64,000 nucleotides of DNA, taken from assembly GCA_029856145.1 (NCBI GenBank), contig JAHQWK010000024.1:1-64000 (forward strand). Direction: 5' to 3'. The translations under genes and the position numbers were made by a program. The stretch comes from Promethearchaeia archaeon (GTDB lineage Archaea > Asgardarchaeota > Lokiarchaeia > Sigyniarchaeales > SOKP01). Below are positions 41,434 to 50,280 of this stretch, one piece after another (within the stretch, counting starts at the first letter, position 1; every line of letters starts with the position of its first letter). The notes below the pieces were generated by a model. The model saw nothing but the letters and a program-made list of their open reading frames with translations, was not told the origin of the DNA and ran no database searches.

Positions 41434-41913
41434 ATGGGTTCTTTTAAAAATATGCTAAGAGGTTTTATTTACACTGCTATATATGCTGTTGTTACAATTG
41501 TTATTCCGTTAGTTACATTCTCATGGCTTTTTCAGTTGACTGTTCAAGGGTTTCCCTTAGATTTTGAACAACAAGAATATCAAAGTATTTTATTTTGGGT
41601 AATTGCTTTTGGTTTAATTATTTGCGGTTGTGCATTTTTCTCACACTCATCCCCAAAACAGTCAGTCCGAAAAGCAGTGTTTGCTTTGATTCAAGTTATT
41701 GTTAATTGTTTATATTTATGGAGCTATAAATTTTCTGGAGCAACTGATATACAATTTACGATAACTGGTTATGGATTTTTCTCTTTGAACATTCAACAGA
41801 TGGTTTTAATATATATGGGTATATACTTTCTCACAATTGTTATAAAAATGTATGATATAATAGATTTTGCTGTTAATAGAGAGGAGATTCGAGAGAATCG
41901 AATGAAAGCATAA
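41434..41913 (+). CDS. Hypothetical four-TM membrane protein
   Basis: Four hydrophobic segments, with GAGGTG SD at 41422-41427. Confidence 0.7.
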   Translation: MGSFKNMLRGFIYTAIYAVVTIVIPLVTFSWLFQLTVQGFPLDFEQQEYQSILFWVIAFGLIICGCAFFSHSSPKQSVRKAVFALIQVIVNCLYLWSYKFSGATDIQFTITGYGFFSLNIQQMVLIYMGIYFLTIVIKMYDIIDFAVNREEIRENRMKA

Positions 41914-41927
41914 AAGGGGTAAAAAAA

Positions 41928-42320
41928 ATGATTTTACAAGGAGCAGATTTTTATCAAGTTCTTGCCGATATTATTGGAGCAATATTAACCTTCTTAATGC
42001 CACTAGTAGCCCCGATTGGGCTCTGGATGACTGATTGGATTACAGTTGTATTTGGGTTTTTACAGCAAAACTTAGGTGGGGACTTAACACTATTTATTGT
42101 TATTTGCGTAGTTTTAATAGTATTGGGTATGATCGTTAATATTATTTGGCCGGGTGATCGCCCAGGTAGTATCTTTTCAAAAGAAAAAATCGAAGATTTA
42201 GAAGATAAAATTGAATCACATGAAGGAAAAGGTATAATTGATGAGATTACACGATGTAAAGACTGCGGTAACCCTATTGGCGATGCTGAAACGTGTTCTT
42301 TATGTGGTGCTCGAAATTAA
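41928..42320 (+). CDS. Membrane protein with a C-terminal zinc ribbon
   Basis: Hydrophobic N-terminal half, and CKDCG...CSLCG at the C-terminus. Confidence 0.7.
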   Translation: MILQGADFYQVLADIIGAILTFLMPLVAPIGLWMTDWITVVFGFLQQNLGGDLTLFIVICVVLIVLGMIVNIIWPGDRPGSIFSKEKIEDLEDKIESHEGKGIIDEITRCKDCGNPIGDAETCSLCGARN

Positions 42321-42345
42321 TAATTATAATTTCCTTATTTTCTTA

Positions 42346-42972
42346 TTATTTTTTGATTTTAAGTAGAAATTCAGCAACTCTTTTCCCAAGATCTTTAGCT
42401 ATCAAACCTCCTAATTCATCAACTTCATCTTTTCCTAAAAATTCCTTCAACTTATGTTTTTGTAAACTAGTAATCGGGATATTACCTTCAATTACAGGGT
42501 TCCCTAAAGCATTACCAATAACAACCATTCCTTGAATGAGAGCAAAATTAATTAAATCAGATATTACACCTTCTCCACCATTCCTTAAACCGGTTGAAGC
42601 CATTGGAGCAAAAATTACATCTTTTAACAAATAGTTTTTCATTTTCCATGGCCTGGAGCGGTCTATAAGGACTTTAATCTGAGAGCTCACTGAACCAAAA
42701 TAATTTGGAGCAGCTATCATTAATGCAGATGATCCTAATATAATGGTTTCTAATTTCTTAGTATCATCTTCTTTAGCTAACGGGCAATCATTTGGTGGCC
42801 GTAAGCATTGATCACATCCATTACAAGGAGTTAATTTATAGTCTGTAATATGAATTTTCTTTATTTCAAATTCTTCGTTTACAGATCTTATACCTTCAAT
42901 TGCTTCATCAATAAGAAAATTACAACTTTTATTCTTTCTGGGTGATCCAACTATCAAAGTTATTTTTATCAT
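42346..42972 (-). CDS. Iron-sulfur flavoprotein / FMN reductase family (ATG 42972)
   Basis: GSPRK, CNGCDQC..PPNDC, P.YFGSVS.Q.K.LIDR and RNGG motifs. Confidence 0.88.
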   Translation of the reverse strand: MIKITLIVGSPRKNKSCNFLIDEAIEGIRSVNEEFEIKKIHITDYKLTPCNGCDQCLRPPNDCPLAKEDDTKKLETIILGSSALMIAAPNYFGSVSSQIKVLIDRSRPWKMKNYLLKDVIFAPMASTGLRNGGEGVISDLINFALIQGMVVIGNALGNPVIEGNIPITSLQKHKLKEFLGKDEVDELGGLIAKDLGKRVAEFLLKIKK

Positions 42973-43101
42973 ACTCAAAATTTTCTCCAATAATAAATTA
43001 TATGTTTTATTAAATGAATAATATTAAATTTAAATTTAGTATCTATTCTAATTAGGTATAATAATAAGAATATTTATCATCGATATTTCAGTAGAAGATA
43101 T

Positions 43102-43851
43102 ATGGGCACTAATTACAATCTTGAAAGTTTTAAAAACAAAAAGGATCTTGTTGAGGAATTAAATTATTATAAATCTCTTATTATAAAGAAAATAAAGAAG
43201 GGAGATTATAATTCAGCTTTAGAAAAAGTAAGATCTGCATTAGTATTACTTGAAGAACACCAAGATTCTTTTAATATTAAAAAAGAGCATCTTGAATTTT
43301 ATGAATTAGCCAAACAAGTAAGGTCAGAATTATTGGATCATAGAACAATCTATGATCGCCGTTTCAATAATCTTTTAAGAGAAAAGCTCAATGAATCTAA
43401 TCTTGAAAATTTCTCGAAATTATTAGCCATGTTAAAAAATGATGTAGACCAAAATCTAGATAAATATAATTTAGGAGACATTTGTGCTAATATTAATAAA
43501 TACTTCAGATTTATTAAGAAAATGTATGAAATTCTGAGTTGTTATAAAGTTCTAAATTACCATGATGCTTCTGACAAAATTTTCGAATTTGTGAAAGAAA
43601 TTAAATCCGAGAATTTCCCAAATCTGAAGATGTTGATATTATTAACTTATCAAAATTTAGTAAAAGACAGATTATTCGAGTTTTCAAAGGAATTCGATAA
43701 ACTTCCAATTTCCACTCTTTCTAAAAAAATGGCTATAAACCAAAACCAGTTAATGAATTTTATTAATCTTATAAGAGAGCAACCTAGAAGTCCAATACAA
43801 GATTATAAGTCTAGAACACAAGAAATCGTATTCAAAAGATCGAGATTTTAA
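43102..43851 (+). CDS. Helical protein with a possible C-terminal PCI-type winged helix
   Basis: TPR-like KKGDYNSALEK. C-terminal LFEFSKEFDKLPISTLSKKMAI...QEIVF fits the PCI pattern. Confidence 0.5.
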   Translation: MGTNYNLESFKNKKDLVEELNYYKSLIIKKIKKGDYNSALEKVRSALVLLEEHQDSFNIKKEHLEFYELAKQVRSELLDHRTIYDRRFNNLLREKLNESNLENFSKLLAMLKNDVDQNLDKYNLGDICANINKYFRFIKKMYEILSCYKVLNYHDASDKIFEFVKEIKSENFPNLKMLILLTYQNLVKDRLFEFSKEFDKLPISTLSKKMAINQNQLMNFINLIREQPRSPIQDYKSRTQEIVFKRSRF

Positions 43852-43863
43852 TATTAATAAGAA

Positions 43864-44787
43864 TCATAAACCCCGATAAAGTTCTGGTCGTAAAGTATCT
43901 TTATGAGTTATTCCATAATTTATGGTACTTAAGATATTTTCTTTTTCTCGATCTAAAATTCCCTTAATGGGTAAATAATTTGAGGCATGATTACTTCGGA
44001 ATATGCATTTTGCATTCTTGTTTTTAAAATCAATTTGATTTATAAAAGTTTTTAATTCTTGAAGAATCTCTATTGAATTCATCTCTAGAAATCCTCCTTT
44101 TAACTTTTTTTTAAAGATTTCAGTCCCTGAAGGAACCATGAGCGTAAGGAATGCAATATACCAAATCCTATCGTCATCCGGACATATTTTATTAACCAAA
44201 TCAGCTGATTCTAAAGCATGTTCTTGTGAAATTTCAGGATTATTTCCACCACCAAGGCCATTTATTAACGTTGCTGATAAAGTTATTCCAGCTTTCATCA
44301 ATTTTTTAGAAGCTTTAATGTGATCTGATTTATTTGCTTGTTTGTGTACCATTTCAAGTAAATTATCAGAACCAGACTCAAAACCAACATAAGCGATTTT
44401 AAGACCCGCCTCAAACAACATTTTTAGTTGTTCATCTGATTTTTTAAGTATATCTTTAGAGTGAGCATATACACCACACCTTTCTAAATTTGGAAAAAGT
44501 GTATATGCATATTTAGTTACATCTAATAGCTTCTCAGTAGGGGTAACCATTGCATTTCCATCTAAGAAAAAAATTTTTTTCACATTTGATCCATATTGTT
44601 TTCTTGCAATATCTAAATCTTTTTTTACTAATTTTACATCCCTAACTAAAAATTTTTTGCGAAGATTTGACATACAAAAATCGCATTTAAATGTACAACC
44701 TTCAGTTAATTGAATTAATAGAGAATATGCTTCACTTGGAGGTCTGAATACAGGTTGGCAATAATAAATTTCTTCCTTGTTTTGCAT
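43864..44787 (-). CDS. Radical SAM protein (RPPSEA family)
   Basis: RPPSEAYS, CTFKCDFC, YVGFESG and FRSNHASNY motifs. Confidence 0.9.
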   Translation of the reverse strand: MQNKEEIYYCQPVFRPPSEAYSLLIQLTEGCTFKCDFCMSNLRKKFLVRDVKLVKKDLDIARKQYGSNVKKIFFLDGNAMVTPTEKLLDVTKYAYTLFPNLERCGVYAHSKDILKKSDEQLKMLFEAGLKIAYVGFESGSDNLLEMVHKQANKSDHIKASKKLMKAGITLSATLINGLGGGNNPEISQEHALESADLVNKICPDDDRIWYIAFLTLMVPSGTEIFKKKLKGGFLEMNSIEILQELKTFINQIDFKNKNAKCIFRSNHASNYLPIKGILDREKENILSTINYGITHKDTLRPELYRGL

Positions 44788-44825
44788 TATTTAGTAAAAA
44801 AATAGTTATAATATTTTAATAGATT

Positions 44826-45509
44826 TCATTTCTTATCATCTGCATCAGCAGGTTTTTTCGGACAAGAATTTAGGTGGCGTCCAAGTCTAATAAATTCTTT
44901 GTTACAATAAGGGCATATCTTTTTTTCGGTAGATGTACTAGCTTTTCCTTCTGAATCTGTACTAACCTTTTTTCGTTTTTTCTTAAGCTTCGAAGGTATA
45001 ATATCCTCTATACTTGCGTCGTCAGGTGCAAACTCACAACTCTGAATATGCGAAGCCAGATTTTCCACGAACTCACCACAAAATGGACATTCATTAGTAA
45101 TATCAGCAAATTCTTCTGAATCTTCTAAACTCGCCTTTCCAGTTTTTCTTTTTTCAAATTTTAATGGAGTTTCTTCATCTTCTTCCTCAAATTCGTCAAG
45201 TGTTAAGTCAATTTCATTCTTAGATGTTATTTCTGCAATTTCAAACTCTTCTAATCTAATTTCTCTTTCCTTTATTTTTTTTTCAGCTATCTTTTTACTC
45301 TCTTCATATACTTCAGAAAAGCGTCGACTATTTTTACCTGGGTCATACAACCTGCATACTTGGCAGACAAATGCTCGAGAGCCTAAAGTTAGATCTCTGG
45401 CAATACAGTAGCACAAAGATTGAAGACTGTTACTGATATTACCTTTTGGCTCAAGGTTTTTACACACAATTTTTCTTGAATATTTAATTTTCTGTTTACG
45501 TCGCGGCAT
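44826..45509 (-). CDS. Protein with two C2HC zinc fingers and charged linkers (ATG 45509)
   Basis: CPFC-x9-H-x3-C and CPYC-x9-H-x3-C, plus an additional N-terminal Cys cluster. Confidence 0.7.
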   Translation of the reverse strand: MPRRKQKIKYSRKIVCKNLEPKGNISNSLQSLCYCIARDLTLGSRAFVCQVCRLYDPGKNSRRFSEVYEESKKIAEKKIKEREIRLEEFEIAEITSKNEIDLTLDEFEEEDEETPLKFEKRKTGKASLEDSEEFADITNECPFCGEFVENLASHIQSCEFAPDDASIEDIIPSKLKKKRKKVSTDSEGKASTSTEKKICPYCNKEFIRLGRHLNSCPKKPADADDKK

Positions 45510-45610
45510 AATGTAAATCACTAAAAAGAAGTATATAAAATAGTGATACTTAAAATTTAATTTTTTTGGATTGCAGTTTAATAAATAGATTTTTTTTTTA
45601 AAAATTTAAT

Positions 45611-47230
45611 CTAAAAATTAAAATTTATATTTTTGAGATCTTTAATAATTTTTTTCTTTAAATCAATGTTTTCTAAATTTAACAATAACTCTTCAACTAT
45701 ATCTCTTAATTCTACAACTTTTTGAATAAGTAATTCTGGCTTATTCCAAAAATCTGTTCTTAATGGATGCATTTTTAAGATAGCTTTATTAAAATTTTCA
45801 ATTGCTGCTCGATAAAAAAGGCAAGCATTTTCTAATTTATTAAGTCGTGATTGATAGATTGAGCCAATTTTATTAAAACACATTCCTGCGCCAGCAAAAT
45901 CGCCTTCTTTTTCAAAATTTACGGCAGCATCTTGAATTTTATTTAAAGCTTCGTCCAAAACCTCATTGTCTCCCTTCTTTAATAGTACATATCCTTTAAT
46001 ATAATATACAACCCCTAAATAAAAACGATGATTTTGTTGTTTAGCAAGTTTAAATAACTTGTCAACAAATTCTTCAGCAATGGGTAGATGTTCATTAGAG
46101 ATACATATTTGGGAGGCATTCCTTAATAACTCTAATACTCTCTCAAAATCTTTAATTTCTTTATATTTTTCAATCCCCTGCCTGAATCGTTCGACTCCTG
46201 TAATAGCATCTTTTTTTTTAAAAGCCAGATTTCCTTCATAAATCAATTGTTCAGCCTCTTCTTTTATTTTGTTCTCCTTCTGCTTTTTTTTCTCTTCGCT
46301 CTCACCATAAAAAAAGTCATTAACTCCAAATGCGATATCTTGAGTCATAGGAATTTCAGTTAATATATCCTTATTTGAAAAATCATTTTGATTAGAGGAA
46401 TAATGATAAGTCCTTTCATCTTCTAATGGTTTTGCTCTTGATGGTACTTGAGTATTTTTTTCTAATGCAAATTCTTCTTTATAAGCAGATTGTAAAGGTT
46501 TTCCTTCGGTTACCAATGCAGACAGCTCGGATAAAACATTTGCAAAAAAATATTTATTTAATCCATCCACAACATAATCTACTTTATGATAGTTATTATC
46601 AAACACAGGATCATTAATATCCATATTTACATTTGTTATTCTATAAATTTCAAATCCCGTATCATATTTAGTCATAGCATACTCAGAACCATCTTCGCTT
46701 TTTATAACTTCTTCTTTTTTCTTTCCTAAGAGAGTATGATCAAATACTAACCCACAAAAATCATTATTATTCTGTTGAAAGCCTAATTGGTTAATTAAAT
46801 CTATGTAAGAAAAAAATAAGTTTAAACCTGGATGACTATGGAACCATCCAACCATATAATACTTTTTTCCTTCTTTATCAAGTCTTTCTTGTATTTCCTC
46901 AATAAATCCATAATGTCTTTCATCCAACTGGACATCTGTAGCATGTCCAAATGTTAAAGCTTCAGCACGTTCAACGTATACTAAATCTTCATCAGAATAC
47001 CCAATTAATATACCATATATTTCTTTCCATTCTTCAGGAGGAATTGATTTATTTGCATATCTACTTGTATATAAAATTATTGTCTTATAAGCATCTGCTC
47101 TAATAACAACAGGCTTAGTACTTTTTTCTGTTTGCTTTTCACCTTTAATTTCTTCTTTTTCCGAATCAGCTTCTAAATTTTCTTTTTTGGGAACTTCGTC
47201 ATTATTAGTTTTCTTGAACTCCTCTGTCAT
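45611..47230 (-). CDS. JAMM/MPN+ metallo-isopeptidase domain fused to TPR/SNAP-like repeats
   Basis: EIYGILIG...VGWFHSHPGLNLFFSYID gives E...HxH-x7-S-x2-D. Helical repeats occupy the C-terminal ~220 aa. Confidence 0.85.
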   Translation of the reverse strand: MTEEFKKTNNDEVPKKENLEADSEKEEIKGEKQTEKSTKPVVIRADAYKTIILYTSRYANKSIPPEEWKEIYGILIGYSDEDLVYVERAEALTFGHATDVQLDERHYGFIEEIQERLDKEGKKYYMVGWFHSHPGLNLFFSYIDLINQLGFQQNNNDFCGLVFDHTLLGKKKEEVIKSEDGSEYAMTKYDTGFEIYRITNVNMDINDPVFDNNYHKVDYVVDGLNKYFFANVLSELSALVTEGKPLQSAYKEEFALEKNTQVPSRAKPLEDERTYHYSSNQNDFSNKDILTEIPMTQDIAFGVNDFFYGESEEKKKQKENKIKEEAEQLIYEGNLAFKKKDAITGVERFRQGIEKYKEIKDFERVLELLRNASQICISNEHLPIAEEFVDKLFKLAKQQNHRFYLGVVYYIKGYVLLKKGDNEVLDEALNKIQDAAVNFEKEGDFAGAGMCFNKIGSIYQSRLNKLENACLFYRAAIENFNKAILKMHPLRTDFWNKPELLIQKVVELRDIVEELLLNLENIDLKKKIIKDLKNINFNF

Positions 47231-47346
47231 TTCAACATTTCCTAATTTAATTATTATTTCTAAAAAAATAATAAGTGTATTCTTAATTAAAATTATGCTT
47301 AAAAATTTATATTAACGGATTTTAGCAAATAGATTAGAATTGAATT

Positions 47347-47907
47347 TCATTTTTTTTTAGAAATTACCTTTCTAAACCGCTCTTTTATTTCTTCTGGAAG
47401 TAAGGGGATATTTTTCACCTGTGCATTTCCTGGTTGAGCTTTAATAAGCACAAAATGACAACCTAATGTTAAATTCTCTAATATAGGTTTAATCTGTTCC
47501 TCTTTATCAATAACTGTGATTGAGTTAAATCCAGCGCCTTTAGCGATTATTTCCAACCTTGTTCTATTACTTGTATACGTTTTTTGATCCCCTGTAGATC
47601 CATAAGAAGAATTATCAATAACTATCAGAGTTAAATTATTCGGGTCATTATTCGCTAATGTGCTTAAACTGCCAAGATTCATTAAAATAGAACCATCACC
47701 ATCAATACAAATTACTTTTTTCTCAGGTTTAGAAATCGCGATACCAAATGCAATTGAACTTGATAAGCCCATTGAACCTAACATATAAAAATTTTCTTCT
47801 CGATCCAATATATCATATAATTCCCTTGAAGGTGCACCAAGGTTACAAACAATTAATTCATCATCTAATGACTCTACTATTTTTTTTATAGCATCGTATC
47901 TTTTCAT
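47347..47907 (-). CDS. comE: Sulfopyruvate decarboxylase beta subunit-like (TPP-binding)
   Basis: G.PSREL, NFYMLGSMG, GDGSILMN and DNSSYGSTGDQ motifs. Confidence 0.85.
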   Translation of the reverse strand: MKRYDAIKKIVESLDDELIVCNLGAPSRELYDILDREENFYMLGSMGLSSSIAFGIAISKPEKKVICIDGDGSILMNLGSLSTLANNDPNNLTLIVIDNSSYGSTGDQKTYTSNRTRLEIIAKGAGFNSITVIDKEEQIKPILENLTLGCHFVLIKAQPGNAQVKNIPLLPEEIKERFRKVISKKK

Positions 47908-47908
47908 G

Positions 47909-48403
47909 TCATTCCCTCCACAAATTCCTTTTTAAAAGGATGCCAACTAAATTTTTTGATTTTTCACTAATAATTACTGCTTTATTTATTTCAATGACAT
48001 TATCTACTGAATTAATAATGAATTTTCTAATATTTAATAAATCTAAGAGATCTGGCGTAAGTTTACCCATTGGAATTTGAGCTGAAATCTTTTCTCCCTC
48101 AGCACCTCTATGACTCATTATAAATATAACAGGAATCTTATATAGTTGCAATAATGATTTTATAGCATTTACTGAATTACCTAATCCAGAATTTTGCATC
48201 AATATTGCTGGTGTTCGTCCTCCCAAATAAGCACCTGCTGCAATTCCCATTCCCTCTTCTTCACGCGTTATTGGAATATGCTGAATCTCATTTTTTTCAT
48301 CAATAAGTTTCAAAAGACCTTTTAGCAAAATACAGGGTAATGATAATATCAAATTTATTCCAGATTTTTTAATAGCCTCATATAATAAAATATCTGTATC
48401 CAT
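47909..48403 (-). CDS. comD: Sulfopyruvate decarboxylase alpha subunit-like
   Basis: SLPC, TREEEGMG, MQNSGLGNS.N and SHRG..GE...AQ.PMG motifs. 1-bp gap to comE. Confidence 0.85.
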   Translation of the reverse strand: MDTDILLYEAIKKSGINLILSLPCILLKGLLKLIDEKNEIQHIPITREEEGMGIAAGAYLGGRTPAILMQNSGLGNSVNAIKSLLQLYKIPVIFIMSHRGAEGEKISAQIPMGKLTPDLLDLLNIRKFIINSVDNVIEINKAVIISEKSKNLVGILLKRNLWRE

Positions 48404-48610
48404 AATACTAATGTCTAATTTTACTTAATTTAATTATAATCATTAATTTTCAAATATCTTTAAAGCTTAAGAATAAACTAAAGTTAGATTTTACTAACAA
48501 TAAATAATTACATTAAAGTTATTTCAAGATCATTATTTAAGTAATATTGTTTACAGAAAATTTAAGTAAATTTAGTGATTAATAAATTTGATTCAATCAA
48601 ATATTAGAAG

Positions 48611-48997
48611 GTGAATAAAATAGTAATTGAATTAGTTGCTTCAATTTATATAATTATAATAGGAATCGCATTGCTATGTATGTGGCTCTTGTTATTAATA
48701 AAGAGAGAAGTACCCGAACTTAATACTAAGCCAACACAAATATTTTTTCATTTAGTTGCTGAATTTCTGACATCTATAATGCTTATAATTGGAGGGATTG
48801 GATTGATAATGAATCAATTTTGGGGTGTAGCAGTATTCTTTATTGCTATTGGAATGGCTATCTATTCTACCATAAACGCAGCAGGTTTTTATGGGCAGTT
48901 AAAAGATTGGCCTATGTTTATTACTTTATTAGTATTTACATTTATTTCTCTTTTAATCACATCATTAATCTTAATTATCGAGTTCCAAATATCATGA
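48611..48997 (+). CDS. Hypothetical four-TM membrane protein (start uncertain)
   Basis: Four hydrophobic helices and an FHLVAEFLT motif. Confidence 0.7.
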   Translation: MNKIVIELVASIYIIIIGIALLCMWLLLLIKREVPELNTKPTQIFFHLVAEFLTSIMLIIGGIGLIMNQFWGVAVFFIAIGMAIYSTINAAGFYGQLKDWPMFITLLVFTFISLLITSLILIIEFQIS

Positions 48998-49004
48998 TAA
49001 AAAC

Positions 49005-50219
49005 TTAAATAATCCCTTTTTTCCTAAATTCCCGAATATCTTCATCTGAATATCCAAAGTTTTTAAGAATCTCCATTGTATGTTGGCCAAGTTTAGGAGC
49101 AAGTTCTTTTATCTTTAATGGTGTTCGTGAATATTTTATAGGTGAAGCTACATTTTGAATTTTCCCAAACTTTGGATGATCCATTTCAATGATCATATTA
49201 CGTGCTTTAATCTGAGGGTCCTCACAAGCTTCAGCAAAAGACTTTACTGGCATGATACAAGCGTCGAGATTTTTAAAAATATCCATCCATTCTTTTTGAG
49301 TTTTTTTTAAAAATTCTTTTTGTAACTCTATAAAGACTTTTTCTCTTTCTTCTCCCTGAGCAAATTGTTTTAGAAATAAATCATCACGTCCTAGAGCTTC
49401 ACATAATACTCGCCAGAACTTGACTTCAATAATCCCTATAGATAAAAATTTATTATCTTTTGTTTTGTAAATGTTGTAAAAAGGAAAATCTCCATGTAAG
49501 GGATTTTGTGTTTCAACTCCATCATTTAAATCTTTAGAAAAATGGTAGGCAGCTACGAGGGGCATAAAAGAAAAAACAGAATCTGTCATTGATATATCTA
49601 TATATTGTCCCTTTCTTTCAAGGTTCTTCTCTCTTTCGATTATTGCACCTAAAATACCTATAGCTGTAACTAGTCCGCCCCCTATATCCGCAACTTGAAC
49701 ACCTGGATTTATCGGCTTTTTTTCTTGAGATTCGTCACCATAAACCTTTCGTTCCCTATTTAAATCCAAAATGCCACATATTCCAATGTAATTAAGATCA
49801 TGACCTGCTATTTGCTCATATGGGCCATATTGGCCATAACCCGTTAGAGAACAACAGATTATTGATGGATTAATTGTAGTTAACGTTTTATAGTCAATTT
49901 TCAATTTATTCGTAACCTTAGGTCGAAAAGAATCAAGAACTACATCCGCTTCTTTTACCAATTTATAAAAAATTTCTCGAGCTTTTTCCTTTTTTAAATT
50001 AAGTGTAATTGACTTTTTATTTCTATTAAGAATTGAAGTAAAAGCACTCTCACGATATCTTCCTTTTTGAAAGAATGGAGGTGGTTGACCATAAAAATAA
50101 CGAGGATCTTCTACCCTAATAACATTAGCACCAAGATCAGAGAGTATCATGGAACAAAAAGGTCCAGGTAGCATTCTCGTTAGATCTAATATAATTTTCC
50201 CTTCCAAAGGTAATGACAT
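49005..50219 (-). CDS. Family III CoA-transferase (CaiB/BaiF/AMACR-like); likely ATG 50219
   Basis: PLEG.IILDL, PGPFC...L.DLGA.VIRVE, NRNKKS, TGYGQ.GP and AGHDLNY motifs. Confidence 0.92.
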   Translation of the reverse strand: MSLPLEGKIILDLTRMLPGPFCSMILSDLGANVIRVEDPRYFYGQPPPFFQKGRYRESAFTSILNRNKKSITLNLKKEKAREIFYKLVKEADVVLDSFRPKVTNKLKIDYKTLTTINPSIICCSLTGYGQYGPYEQIAGHDLNYIGICGILDLNRERKVYGDESQEKKPINPGVQVADIGGGLVTAIGILGAIIEREKNLERKGQYIDISMTDSVFSFMPLVAAYHFSKDLNDGVETQNPLHGDFPFYNIYKTKDNKFLSIGIIEVKFWRVLCEALGRDDLFLKQFAQGEEREKVFIELQKEFLKKTQKEWMDIFKNLDACIMPVKSFAEACEDPQIKARNMIIEMDHPKFGKIQNVASPIKYSRTPLKIKELAPKLGQHTMEILKNFGYSDEDIREFRKKGII

Positions 50220-50280
50220 AATAATTAAAAAATTATATAACATAAAAGTATAAGTAAAAAGCTTGAAATCATAAAGGAAT

